Assembly: GCA_913056215.1 (NCBI GenBank)
Contig: CAJXMN010000007.1
Coordinates: 99 to 64,098, forward strand
DNA from: an uncultured Flavobacteriales bacterium
GTDB taxonomy: Bacteria > Bacteroidota > Bacteroidia > Flavobacteriales_D > Crocinitomicaceae
DNA: 64,000 nt
Direction of reading: 5' to 3'
Shown here: piece after piece, positions 17,488 through 27,359 of the stretch
How positions within the stretch are numbered: the stretch's first letter is position 1
Layout of the letters: the number at the start of each line of letters is the position of its first letter
Made by a program: the position numbers and the translations under genes
Notes under the pieces: generated by a model
Databases searched by the model: none
The model's input: the letters and a program-made list of their open reading frames with translations, nothing else
Told to the model about the DNA's origin: nothing

Positions 17488-18765
17488 ATGTCGCAATTTA
17501 AATTTATACACGCCGCAGACCTCCACATAGAGAGTCCTTATAAAGGTGTGAGCCGGTTGAATGACGCGCTCGGAAAATCGCTCGTTGAACATGGTATTCA
17601 GGCCTATGAAAAGCTGATTGAAACGGCCTTGGATGAAGCGGTTGATTTTTTGCTCATAGCTGGTGATAGTTTTGACAGTGAGTCGGGAAGTTTAAGTGCA
17701 CAATATCGTTTTGTCCGTGGTTTGGAGCGGTTGCGAAAAGCAAATATTCCTGTTTATATCATATGTGGTAATCATGACCCTCTTAACAGTTGGTCTAGTC
17801 ATTTAGAATTACCAGACAACGTCTTCCGTTTCGATGCTGAAAAGGTACAGCAATTCTCTGTCAATAAAAATGGAAAAACAATCGCCGAAATTTACGGGGT
17901 AAGCTTTGGTGAAAAAGAAGAGTTTGACAATCGGGCACAGGAATTTAAGCGTAATGATAATGCACCTTTTGCGATTGGTATGCTGCATGGAACGATTGCC
18001 GGAAATGAAGTTCACACGCCATATTGTCCTTTTGATATGGATACGCTAAGAGCATCCAAAATGGATTATTGGGCACTCGGACATATTCACAAGCGGGAGG
18101 TTTTGCATGAACAACATCCAATGGTCGTTTATCCGGGCAATATTCAGGGACGTCATTTCAACGAAACGGGTGTAAAAGGATGTTCTTTGGTTCAAGTCGA
18201 TCACGGAAAAATTACTAATCACTCCTTTATTCCGCTTTCCGATATCGTTTACAAATATAAAACGCTGGATGTATCAGGCGCTGAAAGTTTTGCCGATTTT
18301 ATGCTCAAACTGGAAACGCTTCAATCAAACCTGGATACAGACAGATCGTATTTGTTGCGTTTGAAATTGACAGGAAAAACAAACTTACACAGCAGCTTTT
18401 CGAATCTTTCGGAAATGCAGTCATTATTGGATGAATTAAACAATGAAAACAATTACCGACAGCGCTTCGTGTTTATTGATAAATGTATTAATGACACCCT
18501 TCCTGAAATTGACCTGGAAGCCCGCAAGGCATCTTCTGATTTTATAGGTGATCTCATTCAGCGTTTTGAGAGCTATGAGGAAGATCCGTCACGACTTCAA
18601 CAACTAAAAGATGAGTTGCTGGACGAACTGGCGAGCTCTAAAGTTGGTCGCGCATTGTCTAACGCCAACATCACAGAAGAGCTAGACGCAGAAGTGGATG
18701 AACTAATTGCTTCAGCCAAATGGAAAGCCATTGATGGTCTGCTGAAAAATCAACGAGAATCATGA
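17488..18765 (+). CDS. Metallophosphoesterase, SbcD/Mre11-like DNA exonuclease (YhaO-like)
   Basis: FIHAADLHIES, LLIAGDSFD, ICGNHDP and ALGHIH, the calcineurin-like phosphoesterase motif set. Confidence 0.85.
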   Translation: MSQFKFIHAADLHIESPYKGVSRLNDALGKSLVEHGIQAYEKLIETALDEAVDFLLIAGDSFDSESGSLSAQYRFVRGLERLRKANIPVYIICGNHDPLNSWSSHLELPDNVFRFDAEKVQQFSVNKNGKTIAEIYGVSFGEKEEFDNRAQEFKRNDNAPFAIGMLHGTIAGNEVHTPYCPFDMDTLRASKMDYWALGHIHKREVLHEQHPMVVYPGNIQGRHFNETGVKGCSLVQVDHGKITNHSFIPLSDIVYKYKTLDVSGAESFADFMLKLETLQSNLDTDRSYLLRLKLTGKTNLHSSFSNLSEMQSLLDELNNENNYRQRFVFIDKCINDTLPEIDLEARKASSDFIGDLIQRFESYEEDPSRLQQLKDELLDELASSKVGRALSNANITEELDAEVDELIASAKWKAIDGLLKNQRES

Positions 18766-21656
18766 AAATAGACCGTTTACATATTGATGGTTTTGGCGTT
18801 TTTCATGACAAACATATCGATGGATTCACCGAAGGAATCAATATACTTTATGGCCCGAATGAAGCAGGGAAATCAACTTTGCTCGATTTTATACGGTTTA
18901 CACTTTTTGAATATCCGCGATTTCATGACGAACGACGTCCGCCACTCAATGGAGGGAATCACGGTGGTAAACTCTTCCTTAAAGACAACACAGCGAACCC
19001 TTTTTCGATATACCGTAATGGTGACGGCAAAGAAGTTCGCTTTGAATACAATGGAGAGGTTTCTGAAAATTTACAACACTATCGGCAGCTCATTGGAAAT
19101 GCATCCATCGATTTGTACAAAAATGTTTATGCCATTACGCTTGATGAATTGATGCGCGTCGATCAATTGAATGAATCGGGAATGGAAGATCGGATTTTTA
19201 GTATGGGAATGGGGCTTGCTGGAGTAGATTTTGGTCAGTTTGAAAATGAGCTCGTTCAGCATGCCGATAGTTATTTTAAGACAAGGGGACGCACACAGAT
19301 ATTGGTCGAATGCGTCAACGAGATCCATAAAAAAGAAGAAGCGATTCGGGTGCTGAGCAACAAGCTTGACGATTACAATCGTTTGTCTGAACAGAAAGAG
19401 CAGTTGCAGGCTGAACTTGGAAAGCTGAGTCAATTACGCGAAAATCTGAGTCGCAAAAAAAACAAATTTGCCGACTATTCAAGGGCTTATGAGGCTTTCG
19501 TCGACTATAAAACAGCAAGGGAGCAACTGATCAAACTAGGTGAATTGAAACAGCAACCGCTGGATATTAAAGAAGCCTATACGCACCATAAATCAAGTAT
19601 AAGTGAGGATCAACAGTTGTTGCGGAAACTCAACCGATCGGTGGAGCAATTGGAAAACGAACGCGAAGCAATTCATTGGGACGCACGATTGGCAAATCAC
19701 AGTCATCTTTTAGATTATTTAAAGTCCAACAGCAAACTTTACGAAGAGGCTGCTTTGAATAGGTCTAAGGCTATAGAAAAACGGTCGTCGGCTAAAAAAG
19801 AGGCAGCTACGATACTGCATCAGCTCGGTCATGGATTAACGGCAAAGGATGTGTTGGAGCTGAGCGGCACATTTGAATTACAATCTGCTGCCGGCATTGT
19901 TGTAGAAGAAACTTCGCGATTACAGCGTCAGCTCGAAACAGGGCGCGAAGCAGCGCGAAGGCTGGAACAGCGTTTACAGCAAGCCCGAGCAGCACGTGAC
20001 CAAATTGTGCAAAAACAAAATGACCTGTCCATTGAAAATCCTGAGGAACGCAAAGAGGCCGACCAAAAACGCGTTGAGTGGGATACTAAGTTTCAACAAG
20101 CGTTACAATCAAGTGGGAGCAGGTCGAAAACGAACCAACTGCCATTCATTTTGGCGCTTATTTTTTTGGTAGTGGGTGGAATATTGTTTGCTATCCACTT
20201 CCTTGCAGCATTGATTGTAACTGGGTTGGCTGTTATTAGTTTGATAGTTGTGTTGTTGTCCAAAAGTTCAACAGCGAATAAAGTGAAGGAAGATCCTGTT
20301 GCCATTAATAAAAAGCTCGAGTCGTTGAAAACTGCCATTGAAAAATATGATCAACTACAGGAAGCGTATGATCAGTCAGTAAAGCAATTGAATCAGTACG
20401 GCCATGAACTAGAGGACGTCAATGAACAGGTAAAAGCACTCGAAAAAGATCAGAGTGCACATGATGACCAGTGGAAATGCGAATTGAGTGAACGCGGATT
20501 ACCATCGACATTAGTGCCACAACGGATAAGTGATTTTTTAACGAATGTTGATGCCTATAAACGCCAGCACAAAGTGATTCAGGAAGCTGATCAGGCCGTT
20601 CGTTCCAATGAAGAGCATATGCATTCATTTGAAGAAAATTTGAAAGAAATTGAACCTGAAAAACAATTATTTGATACCGCAGCAATTTACGATTTGATTG
20701 CACGGCTGGAGGCGAACGAAAAAGCAGCTCAACAGCGCGAGCAATTGAGCCAGCAACTCAAAAAGGAAAACGAGGAACTGGAAACCGTAAATCAACGGTT
20801 AGCGGCAGTAAAACGAGCACAGGAGAAGTACTTGCATCAGGTTGGGGCATCTGATGAAACAGCTTTTTATACCCATTTTGAGCAACAAAAGAGATATGTC
20901 GAAGCAGATAAAGCACAGGCAAATGCAGCAGCTACGATTAAAACTATCTGTGGAGCAGATGAACTCGAAAATACACTCGAAGCGCTGGATGATTTTACGC
21001 CTTCTGAATTAGCGAGCAGAAAGGAGGCGACGGAGAGTGAATACGAAACGGTAAAGGAGCAGTACGATGAAATGAATAGGGAGCTTGCTTCAATTTCCGC
21101 CGATATTCGTCACATTCTCGAGCCGGACGAAATGTATGCCTTGCAAAACGAGAAAGAGAGTTTGCAACAGCAATTAAAAGATGCAACCCAGGAGTGGCTG
21201 TCAACTAAAATGGCGCTGAAGGTGCTGAATGAGAGTAAACAGCGTTATGAAGAGGAACGTCAACCAGAGGTGATCACCCAGACGCGCGAATACTTTAAAG
21301 CAATCACGGAAAATGCTTATGAAGACTTGAGAATTTCATTGAGCGAAAAGCACGTGAGTATCATTGACGCCCAGGAAAATGCTAAAACAGTAGAGGCACT
21401 TAGCAGAGGAACGCGTGAACAGCTTTTATTGGCTTTGCGACTGGGATTAATCGAAGAATATGAAAAAAACGCAGAACCGCTACCTGTGGCTTTAGATGAT
21501 ATCATGGTGAATTTTGATCTGCACCGTGCTGAAAACCTCGCTGATGTTTTGACCGATTTTGCGCGTCACCGACAAGTTATTCTATTCACCTGCCACGAAC
21601 ATACCCGAGACTTATTCAAAGCAAAAGGAGCCAATATTGTAGAATGGAGAGATTAG
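18762..21656 (+). CDS. Rad50/SbcC-like AAA ATPase (YhaN-like) with a central hydrophobic hairpin
   Basis: Walker A GPNEAGKST at the N-terminus. LSRGTREQLLLALRLGL and ALDDIMVNFD at the C-terminus. Long heptad-rich middle interrupted by 40 hydrophobic residues (nt 20139-20258). ATGA start/stop overlap with the nuclease gene. Confidence 0.85.
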   Translation: MKIDRLHIDGFGVFHDKHIDGFTEGINILYGPNEAGKSTLLDFIRFTLFEYPRFHDERRPPLNGGNHGGKLFLKDNTANPFSIYRNGDGKEVRFEYNGEVSENLQHYRQLIGNASIDLYKNVYAITLDELMRVDQLNESGMEDRIFSMGMGLAGVDFGQFENELVQHADSYFKTRGRTQILVECVNEIHKKEEAIRVLSNKLDDYNRLSEQKEQLQAELGKLSQLRENLSRKKNKFADYSRAYEAFVDYKTAREQLIKLGELKQQPLDIKEAYTHHKSSISEDQQLLRKLNRSVEQLENEREAIHWDARLANHSHLLDYLKSNSKLYEEAALNRSKAIEKRSSAKKEAATILHQLGHGLTAKDVLELSGTFELQSAAGIVVEETSRLQRQLETGREAARRLEQRLQQARAARDQIVQKQNDLSIENPEERKEADQKRVEWDTKFQQALQSSGSRSKTNQLPFILALIFLVVGGILFAIHFLAALIVTGLAVISLIVVLLSKSSTANKVKEDPVAINKKLESLKTAIEKYDQLQEAYDQSVKQLNQYGHELEDVNEQVKALEKDQSAHDDQWKCELSERGLPSTLVPQRISDFLTNVDAYKRQHKVIQEADQAVRSNEEHMHSFEENLKEIEPEKQLFDTAAIYDLIARLEANEKAAQQREQLSQQLKKENEELETVNQRLAAVKRAQEKYLHQVGASDETAFYTHFEQQKRYVEADKAQANAAATIKTICGADELENTLEALDDFTPSELASRKEATESEYETVKEQYDEMNRELASISADIRHILEPDEMYALQNEKESLQQQLKDATQEWLSTKMALKVLNESKQRYEEERQPEVITQTREYFKAITENAYEDLRISLSEKHVSIIDAQENAKTVEALSRGTREQLLLALRLGLIEEYEKNAEPLPVALDDIMVNFDLHRAENLADVLTDFARHRQVILFTCHEHTRDLFKAKGANIVEWRD

Positions 21657-23779
21657 TGCTAAAAAAATACCTGACCGCATTGTTGTTACTGCCCTATTTC
21701 CTATTAGGTCAGCATAAATTCGCGAAAACGGATGTTGTCGATAGTATCTGGTCGCTAGAAAACCAATCCACTGAACAGAAACTGGGTGGTCTTTACGATA
21801 TGTCTTGGGAACTTATAACTGTGGATGCTGATTTAGGAATTTTATATGCGAATCGATTGATTGATTCAGCGCAGGTGGCAGGTTTAATTCGTTTTGAAGC
21901 ATACGGACATTCAACGAAAGCAGAATGTTATACCATGCTTGCCGATTATAAAAAGGCTATTGAGGAACATCAAAAAGCAAAAAATATTTATGATAAAATT
22001 GGCGATAAGCAAGGTCTTAGCGCTACGGCGATGAACATTGGTCACATTTACTATTTAATAGAAGAACATGAAATAGCACGGCGGTTTTTCAAGGAATCTT
22101 ATGACTACGATCAAAAACTGAAAGATACGATTGGAATGGCGCAGGCTCTAAAAAATGAGGCTTCTTGCTATTATAGTCTCAGTCAGTATGACAAGGCACT
22201 GAACCGTTATCACCAATCACTCGACCTTATCGACGGTTATGAAACGACCAATATAATTTTAACTTCTGCCATTTACGGAGGGATTGGAGCGCTATACCTT
22301 CAAAAAGGGGAACACGATAAGGCGTATCAATCATTACTGCGAGCCACCAAGATTGATGAAATGCATGACATCAAACAAAGTTTAATTTCTAATTATAAAA
22401 ACTTGAGCATATACCACGACACCTTAGAGAACCTCGATAGCGCGTTGTATTATGCGCGGTCTTCTTTTCAAATTGCAAAGAAAATCAACTCGTTTCATGG
22501 CATGCAATTTAGTGCAAAGCGCCTCTCAGAAGTTCACGAAAGGCTGGATAACCTTTCTGATGCATTAGATTATTACAAAATGTTTATCAAATACAGAGAC
22601 AGTATTAAGAAAGATGAAAATATTGAAGAAGTCACGCGTCTGGAAGTACAACACCAATACGAACTGAAGGCAGCCAAAGACAGTATTCGCGTTAAAAAAG
22701 AAAAAGAAGCACTTAGTGCTGAAAAAGAGTGGGCCGAACGACTCAACTACTCCCTTTTCGGCGGTGGAGTTCTGGTTGTTGTTTTTACAATATTTCTTTA
22801 CAATCGATATCGTGTCATCGGACAACAAAAAGTGACGATTGAAAAGCAAAAAACGGATGTAGAAAAGCAGCGCGATATTGCTAACGAGAAACACCGAGAA
22901 ACGGAAAAACAACGCCAACTGGTTCAGGAAAAAAATGAAGAGATTATTGATTCTATCCAATATGCGCGAAGATTACAATCTGCTATATTACCCTCTGTGA
23001 CTGATCAAGTGAAGAGCTTATTCGATGATGCGTTCGTTTATTACGTACCTAAGGACATTGTTGCGGGCGATTTTTATTGGTGTGAACAAGTAGACAATGT
23101 TCATTACATTGCCGCTGCCGATTGCACAGGTCATGGTGTTCCAGGTGCGATGGTGAGCGTGATGTGCAGTAGTGCGTTGACCAAAGTGTTGATTGAAGAA
23201 AAAATCCGGGAGCCGGGTCGAATTCTCGATCGCGTCAGAGAAATAATCATTAAACGATTTGAAAAGAATGGCGAAAACGTAAGTGATGGAATGGATATTT
23301 CGTTGGCTGCGGTGCATTATGGAGTAGATGGGAAACACCCCAAAAAAGTGAGCTGGGCAGGCGCAAATAATCCGCTTTGGATCTTTAGAACAGGTGCTGA
23401 AGTAGATATTCCCAATATTGATAGGATCAAAGTTAATACAGAAAAGAACACTACGCTCATTCAGATTACCCCCGATAAACAGCCCGTAGGAAAATCCTTT
23501 CATGCCGTTCCTTTCAACACTGTTACTATTGAATTGCAAAAAGGGGATCAACTTTACTTGTTTTCGGATGGGTATGTCGATCAATTTGGTGGAACTACTG
23601 AGGCAAAACGGAAGAAAGGCGGTAAAAAGTTAAAGTCGAAAGGCTTCATAGCGATATTACAAAGTGTTCAACAGATGTCAATGGAAGAGCAATCTTTCGT
23701 GTTAGAACAAAACTTTTTGGATTGGAAAGGTGATCTGGAACAAATAGATGATGTTTGTGTGATTGGACTGAGGGTATGA
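21644..23779 (+). CDS. TPR-repeat, membrane-anchored SpoIIE/PP2C-family protein phosphatase
   Basis: N-terminal hydrophobic LTALLLLPYFLLGQ, multiple TPR-like repeats, TM FGGGVLVVVFTIFLY, a coiled coil, then AGDFYW, DCTGHGVPGAMVS, SDGYVDQFGG and DDVCVIGLRV. Confidence 0.85.
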   Translation: MERLVLKKYLTALLLLPYFLLGQHKFAKTDVVDSIWSLENQSTEQKLGGLYDMSWELITVDADLGILYANRLIDSAQVAGLIRFEAYGHSTKAECYTMLADYKKAIEEHQKAKNIYDKIGDKQGLSATAMNIGHIYYLIEEHEIARRFFKESYDYDQKLKDTIGMAQALKNEASCYYSLSQYDKALNRYHQSLDLIDGYETTNIILTSAIYGGIGALYLQKGEHDKAYQSLLRATKIDEMHDIKQSLISNYKNLSIYHDTLENLDSALYYARSSFQIAKKINSFHGMQFSAKRLSEVHERLDNLSDALDYYKMFIKYRDSIKKDENIEEVTRLEVQHQYELKAAKDSIRVKKEKEALSAEKEWAERLNYSLFGGGVLVVVFTIFLYNRYRVIGQQKVTIEKQKTDVEKQRDIANEKHRETEKQRQLVQEKNEEIIDSIQYARRLQSAILPSVTDQVKSLFDDAFVYYVPKDIVAGDFYWCEQVDNVHYIAAADCTGHGVPGAMVSVMCSSALTKVLIEEKIREPGRILDRVREIIIKRFEKNGENVSDGMDISLAAVHYGVDGKHPKKVSWAGANNPLWIFRTGAEVDIPNIDRIKVNTEKNTTLIQITPDKQPVGKSFHAVPFNTVTIELQKGDQLYLFSDGYVDQFGGTTEAKRKKGGKKLKSKGFIAILQSVQQMSMEEQSFVLEQNFLDWKGDLEQIDDVCVIGLRV

Positions 23780-23923
23780 ATGATGAACGGTGGAATTCAA
23801 ATCAAATAATTAAAAGCACGTTATTCAACTACTTTAAGTATTCACAACATAGATTTAACTTGCTTTAGGGAATTCCTGAGGAAGAATAAACGTATGTTTG
23901 CCCTAGCAATGAGAAAAGAGGTT

Positions 23924-25369
23924 ATGAAAAGTAGTATTGTAATTTTAGTTCTTCTCGCGCTATCTGGAAATTTATGGGGGCAGGTGCCTGGATGTTTTCA
24001 GGTGCAAAGCATTCTGGTAGATGCTTGTGGAAGTCCTGAAGGAGAGAATGAAATGGTTCGTTTTCAAGTGGGCGCCAGCAGCCTCAACGTAAATAACCTG
24101 ATAACAAATTGGCCCAACAATCCATTCCAGGGTTTCTGCCAGAATGGTACCACCCAGAATATCGTGAATGACATGAATGCCACGATCGAATCCTGCGGGT
24201 ACTTTCTGGAACCAACAGCGGGTATTCTTCCTGCAAATGCGAAGGTGTTGCTGATTACAAGTACGAATTTTGATGCCAATTCTCATTCCTATAGTGGTTT
24301 GGAGGATACGGTGCATGTCGTTTTTCAGTGTTCAGGGAACACACAAGGTCATTTTGCCAACTGGACGAATGGATGTGATCCTAATTCAGGAGATCGCACA
24401 ATGACTTTAGATTTTGGAAACGGTTGCACGCAAACGGTCACCTACAATAAATGTGATTTATTGAATCAGTCGGGTGGTATTGGTGGCAATTCATCGGATC
24501 GCGATGGTGCGCGAGTTGATTTTGACAGCAATGGAAATCCTTCTTATGCCAATGAAGGGTGTGTGATTCCATTTGAAGCCATTGAGGTGGAGATGGAAAT
24601 GATCTTAAGTGACGGCGTATTGTGCCCCGGAGCGACGATTAACTTATCTGGAACGGTTACAAACTCAACCAGTTATGAATGGGAAGCACCGAATGGAACA
24701 TTTTCCAATGATCAGAGCTTGATTACAGAGTACACAGATTCCTCTATTGGTTCCAGTAGTTATTACATTTATCTTTCCGCGCAAAACGGTTGTGGGCAAA
24801 TAGTGAGTGATTCGCTGCTCATATCGGTCATGAGTAATCCTTCAGTAGCAATTGATACGACAGTTTTATCGATGGACAGTTGCCAGCTCGATGAGGTGTT
24901 ATTAGAAGCGAGTGGAGCGGAGCAATACGAATGGAGTACTGGCGAAACTGGAGATTACATTGTTGCGGATAGTGCTGGGACGTTCTTGGTTATTGGAACC
25001 AACGAATGTGGTTCGGATTCAGCAGAAATTCTTTTACAATCAGAAATAAATTGTGGTCAAGATAGCTTAGGGGGTGAATTCAACATTAGCATTCCCAATG
25101 TTTTTACACCGAATCAGGACCATGTAAATGATGTTTTTGGTGTAACCACGAATCGAGAAGTGCGAATTGAATTTGTGATACTGAATCGCTGGGGAAATAC
25201 GATGAAAAAAGGAGCCTTACAGAGTTCGCCGAATGGTTTTAACGTACTTTGGGACGGAGAAAAGAGGGGGAGATATGCAAGTACGGGGACTTATTTTTAT
25301 AAATTAAAAGTTACCTGGGGCAGTTCGAATGAAAAACTGTATCAAGGAGTGTTTCAATTGCTGCGTTAA
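23924..25369 (+). CDS. T9SS type-B (gliding-motility-associated, CHU_C-like) C-terminal-domain cargo protein
   Basis: Signal MKSSIVILVLLALSGNLWGQ. C-terminus IPNVFTPNQDHVNDVFGV...FVILNRWGNTMKK...WDGEKRG..STGTYFYKLKV is the type-B sorting-domain pattern. Confidence 0.8.
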   Translation: MKSSIVILVLLALSGNLWGQVPGCFQVQSILVDACGSPEGENEMVRFQVGASSLNVNNLITNWPNNPFQGFCQNGTTQNIVNDMNATIESCGYFLEPTAGILPANAKVLLITSTNFDANSHSYSGLEDTVHVVFQCSGNTQGHFANWTNGCDPNSGDRTMTLDFGNGCTQTVTYNKCDLLNQSGGIGGNSSDRDGARVDFDSNGNPSYANEGCVIPFEAIEVEMEMILSDGVLCPGATINLSGTVTNSTSYEWEAPNGTFSNDQSLITEYTDSSIGSSSYYIYLSAQNGCGQIVSDSLLISVMSNPSVAIDTTVLSMDSCQLDEVLLEASGAEQYEWSTGETGDYIVADSAGTFLVIGTNECGSDSAEILLQSEINCGQDSLGGEFNISIPNVFTPNQDHVNDVFGVTTNREVRIEFVILNRWGNTMKKGALQSSPNGFNVLWDGEKRGRYASTGTYFYKLKVTWGSSNEKLYQGVFQLLR

Positions 25370-25450
25370 GATTTTATTGCGTTTAAAAAGTGAAATGTCA
25401 CTATTTTGCTACAGTGATTGTCAAAGATTAAAATTTTTAGTCGTATAATC

Positions 25451-25500
25451 TACTGAAGTGAATAATGTGCTTAACTACTGAAGTGAATAATGTGCTTAAC
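25451..25500. repeat. Perfect tandem duplication, 2 x 25 bp
   Basis: TACTGAAGTGAATAATGTGCTTAAC at 25451-25475 is repeated exactly at 25476-25500, in the intergenic region upstream of the KAS III gene. Confidence 0.95.
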
Positions 25501-25542
25501 AAATTCTTCATTGAACGTTATTTCCAAAACGAGATTTAATAA

Positions 25543-25566
25543 CTTTCAACGTTGAAAGTATATTTG
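25543..25566 (+). promoter_or_regulatory. 16-bp perfect palindrome (candidate operator) abutting a TAnnTTTG -7-like box
   Basis: CTTTCAACGTTGAAAG at 25543-25558 is immediately followed by TATATTTG (25559-25566). A related half-site TTGAACGTT lies at 25511-25519. The function is inferred. Confidence 0.35.
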
Positions 25567-25643
25567 TGAGGTAAAACTATACGAAACGTCTGGAAATATT
25601 TGTAAATCGGGCTAATTTTGTTAATATTCGAAAAAAGTTGATA

Positions 25644-26708
25644 ATGTCTAAATGCGCACGTATTACAGGTACAGGAAGTTATATTCCAGAAAATACGACG
25701 ACGAATGAATCGTTTATTTCCAATCGCTTCTTTGATATTGATGGTGTTGAAATCAATGAACCGAATACAGCTATTATTGAAAAATTTACGGCAATAACAG
25801 GAATAAAAGAGCGTAGATATATTGATCCTGATTGGGTTACCTCTGACATGGCTTTTTCAGCGGCAAAAGAGGCTATTGCTAGTGCTCAAGTTGATCCGGA
25901 AGCCATTGATTACATCGTTGTGGCCCATAATTACGGTGATGTAAAGCAGGATTCCATACAAAGTGATATGGTTCCCAGTTTAGCCTCGAGAGTGAAAAAC
26001 TTGTTACAGATTGAAAACTCGGATTGTGTCGCCTATGATATACTCTTTGGCTGTCCGGGATGGTTGGAGGCCGTCATTCAGATGAATGCCTATATTAAGG
26101 CTGGCATGGCTGAAACATGCCTAATTATTGGTTCAGAGGCACTCTCGAGAGTGGTTGATAAACACGACCGGGATTCCATGATTTACAGTGATGGGGCGGG
26201 TGCAGCAATCTTACAAGGTTCAGAAACAGACGGTGGTATTATCGCGCATGCTACAGAAACTCATACCAAAGAAGAAGCGCACTTTATTCACTTTGACAAA
26301 AGTTATCAAAAGTTAGAAAAAAACACCCGTCACTACATCAAAATGTACGGCAGAAAAGTGTACAACTTTGCACTGAAGAACGTGCCCGTGGCCATGAAAA
26401 ACTGTTTGGATAAGAGTAATGTGTCCATCGATCAAATCAAGAAAGTTTTTATCCATCAGGCCAATGAAAAAATGGATGAAGCTATCTGCGAACGCTTCTT
26501 TAAACTATACGATCGTGAAGTACCTGAAAATGTCATGCCCATGAGTATTGGCGAACTCGGAAACAGCAGTGTAGCGACCATTCCAACATTACTGGATCTC
26601 GTTTTGAAAGCGAAGATCGAAGGACACAAAATAGAGCCAGGGGATCACGTTATTTTTGCCAGTGTCGGTGCAGGTATGAATATTAACGCCGTGGTTTATC
26701 AGTTTTAA
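25644..26708 (+). CDS. fabH: 3-oxoacyl-ACP synthase III (FabH-like KAS III)
   Basis: Cys-His-Asn triad contexts FGCPGWLEA, FIHQANEKM and GNSSVATIP. About 355 aa. Confidence 0.8.
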   Translation: MSKCARITGTGSYIPENTTTNESFISNRFFDIDGVEINEPNTAIIEKFTAITGIKERRYIDPDWVTSDMAFSAAKEAIASAQVDPEAIDYIVVAHNYGDVKQDSIQSDMVPSLASRVKNLLQIENSDCVAYDILFGCPGWLEAVIQMNAYIKAGMAETCLIIGSEALSRVVDKHDRDSMIYSDGAGAAILQGSETDGGIIAHATETHTKEEAHFIHFDKSYQKLEKNTRHYIKMYGRKVYNFALKNVPVAMKNCLDKSNVSIDQIKKVFIHQANEKMDEAICERFFKLYDREVPENVMPMSIGELGNSSVATIPTLLDLVLKAKIEGHKIEPGDHVIFASVGAGMNINAVVYQF

Positions 26709-26872
26709 AGCTTTAAAAATAAATCGAATCGAAAAGTGGCGTCATTGAGTAATTGGAATTATGACTGCATCTTTAGTCAAGGTGTTTACGGAGTACTTCG
26801 TGAAGTAATTGTAGTTTTAAAAGGATAATTCTTGTAAAAATAGTTGTTTTTAATAAAAATTTTGATCAAAAC

Positions 26873-27346
26873 ATGAAACCTATCATCACACTAACACTGA
26901 TCATCACATCCCTTTCAAGTGCATGGTGTCAAAATTTTCATCCCCATAGTTTGGAAGTGGACGAAACTGATTCGCTTTATATGCTTTCAATAGAAGCTTA
27001 TATTGAATTCCTTGAGCAGGAAAATAGAAGGGGCAAAACAAAAACAATTTATATTAAAGAACGGTCGCATACGAGTGCGTTACCCTATCAAATCAAAGGG
27101 AACGAAATTGTTAAGATCAATAGTGATAATTATAAAAAACACTTGAAAAAGAATGGAAATAGCATGTATGTGATCACTGTAAGGCCGTTGCGATTGAGTG
27201 AAGGAGTGTTCTACATCACGCTCGAACCCAGCTACCATCGAAGAAAAGGAATATTCAGAAAATCAATTACCAGACATAGTAAATTTTTAGTGCTTTTTAA
27301 GTATAACCAAGAACACTTGGAGCTTTACGATACAAAGGCATACTAA
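26873..27346 (+). CDS. Hypothetical secreted protein
   Basis: Signal-like MKPIITLTLIITSLSSAWCQ. No recognised domain. Confidence 0.5.
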   Translation: MKPIITLTLIITSLSSAWCQNFHPHSLEVDETDSLYMLSIEAYIEFLEQENRRGKTKTIYIKERSHTSALPYQIKGNEIVKINSDNYKKHLKKNGNSMYVITVRPLRLSEGVFYITLEPSYHRRKGIFRKSITRHSKFLVLFKYNQEHLELYDTKAY

Positions 27347-27359
27347 CGAAAAAATAGAA

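Noticed and set aside
17488-21656. SbcD/SbcC-like pair as a known anti-phage system (Lamassu, Wadjet, Gabija or similar)
   Set aside because: None of the partner genes that define those systems is present (no kleisin/JetABCD set, no LmuA-type effector, no OLD/UvrD pair). The pair resembles the housekeeping-type yhaO/yhaN architecture. It is kept only as an unusual architecture, not as a defence call.
23018-23584. 188-codon antisense ORF inside the PP2C phosphatase gene, and similar antisense ORFs at 312-806, 11353-11721, 38106-38444 and 56742-57164
   Set aside because: Each lies entirely within a gene whose sense-strand product has strong family motifs. The antisense products have no motifs and odd composition, so they are treated as chance ORFs.
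25451-25500. Possible minimal CRISPR array
   Set aside because: There are only two directly abutting 25-bp copies with no spacer, no further repeats and no cas genes in the window. This is a simple tandem duplication.
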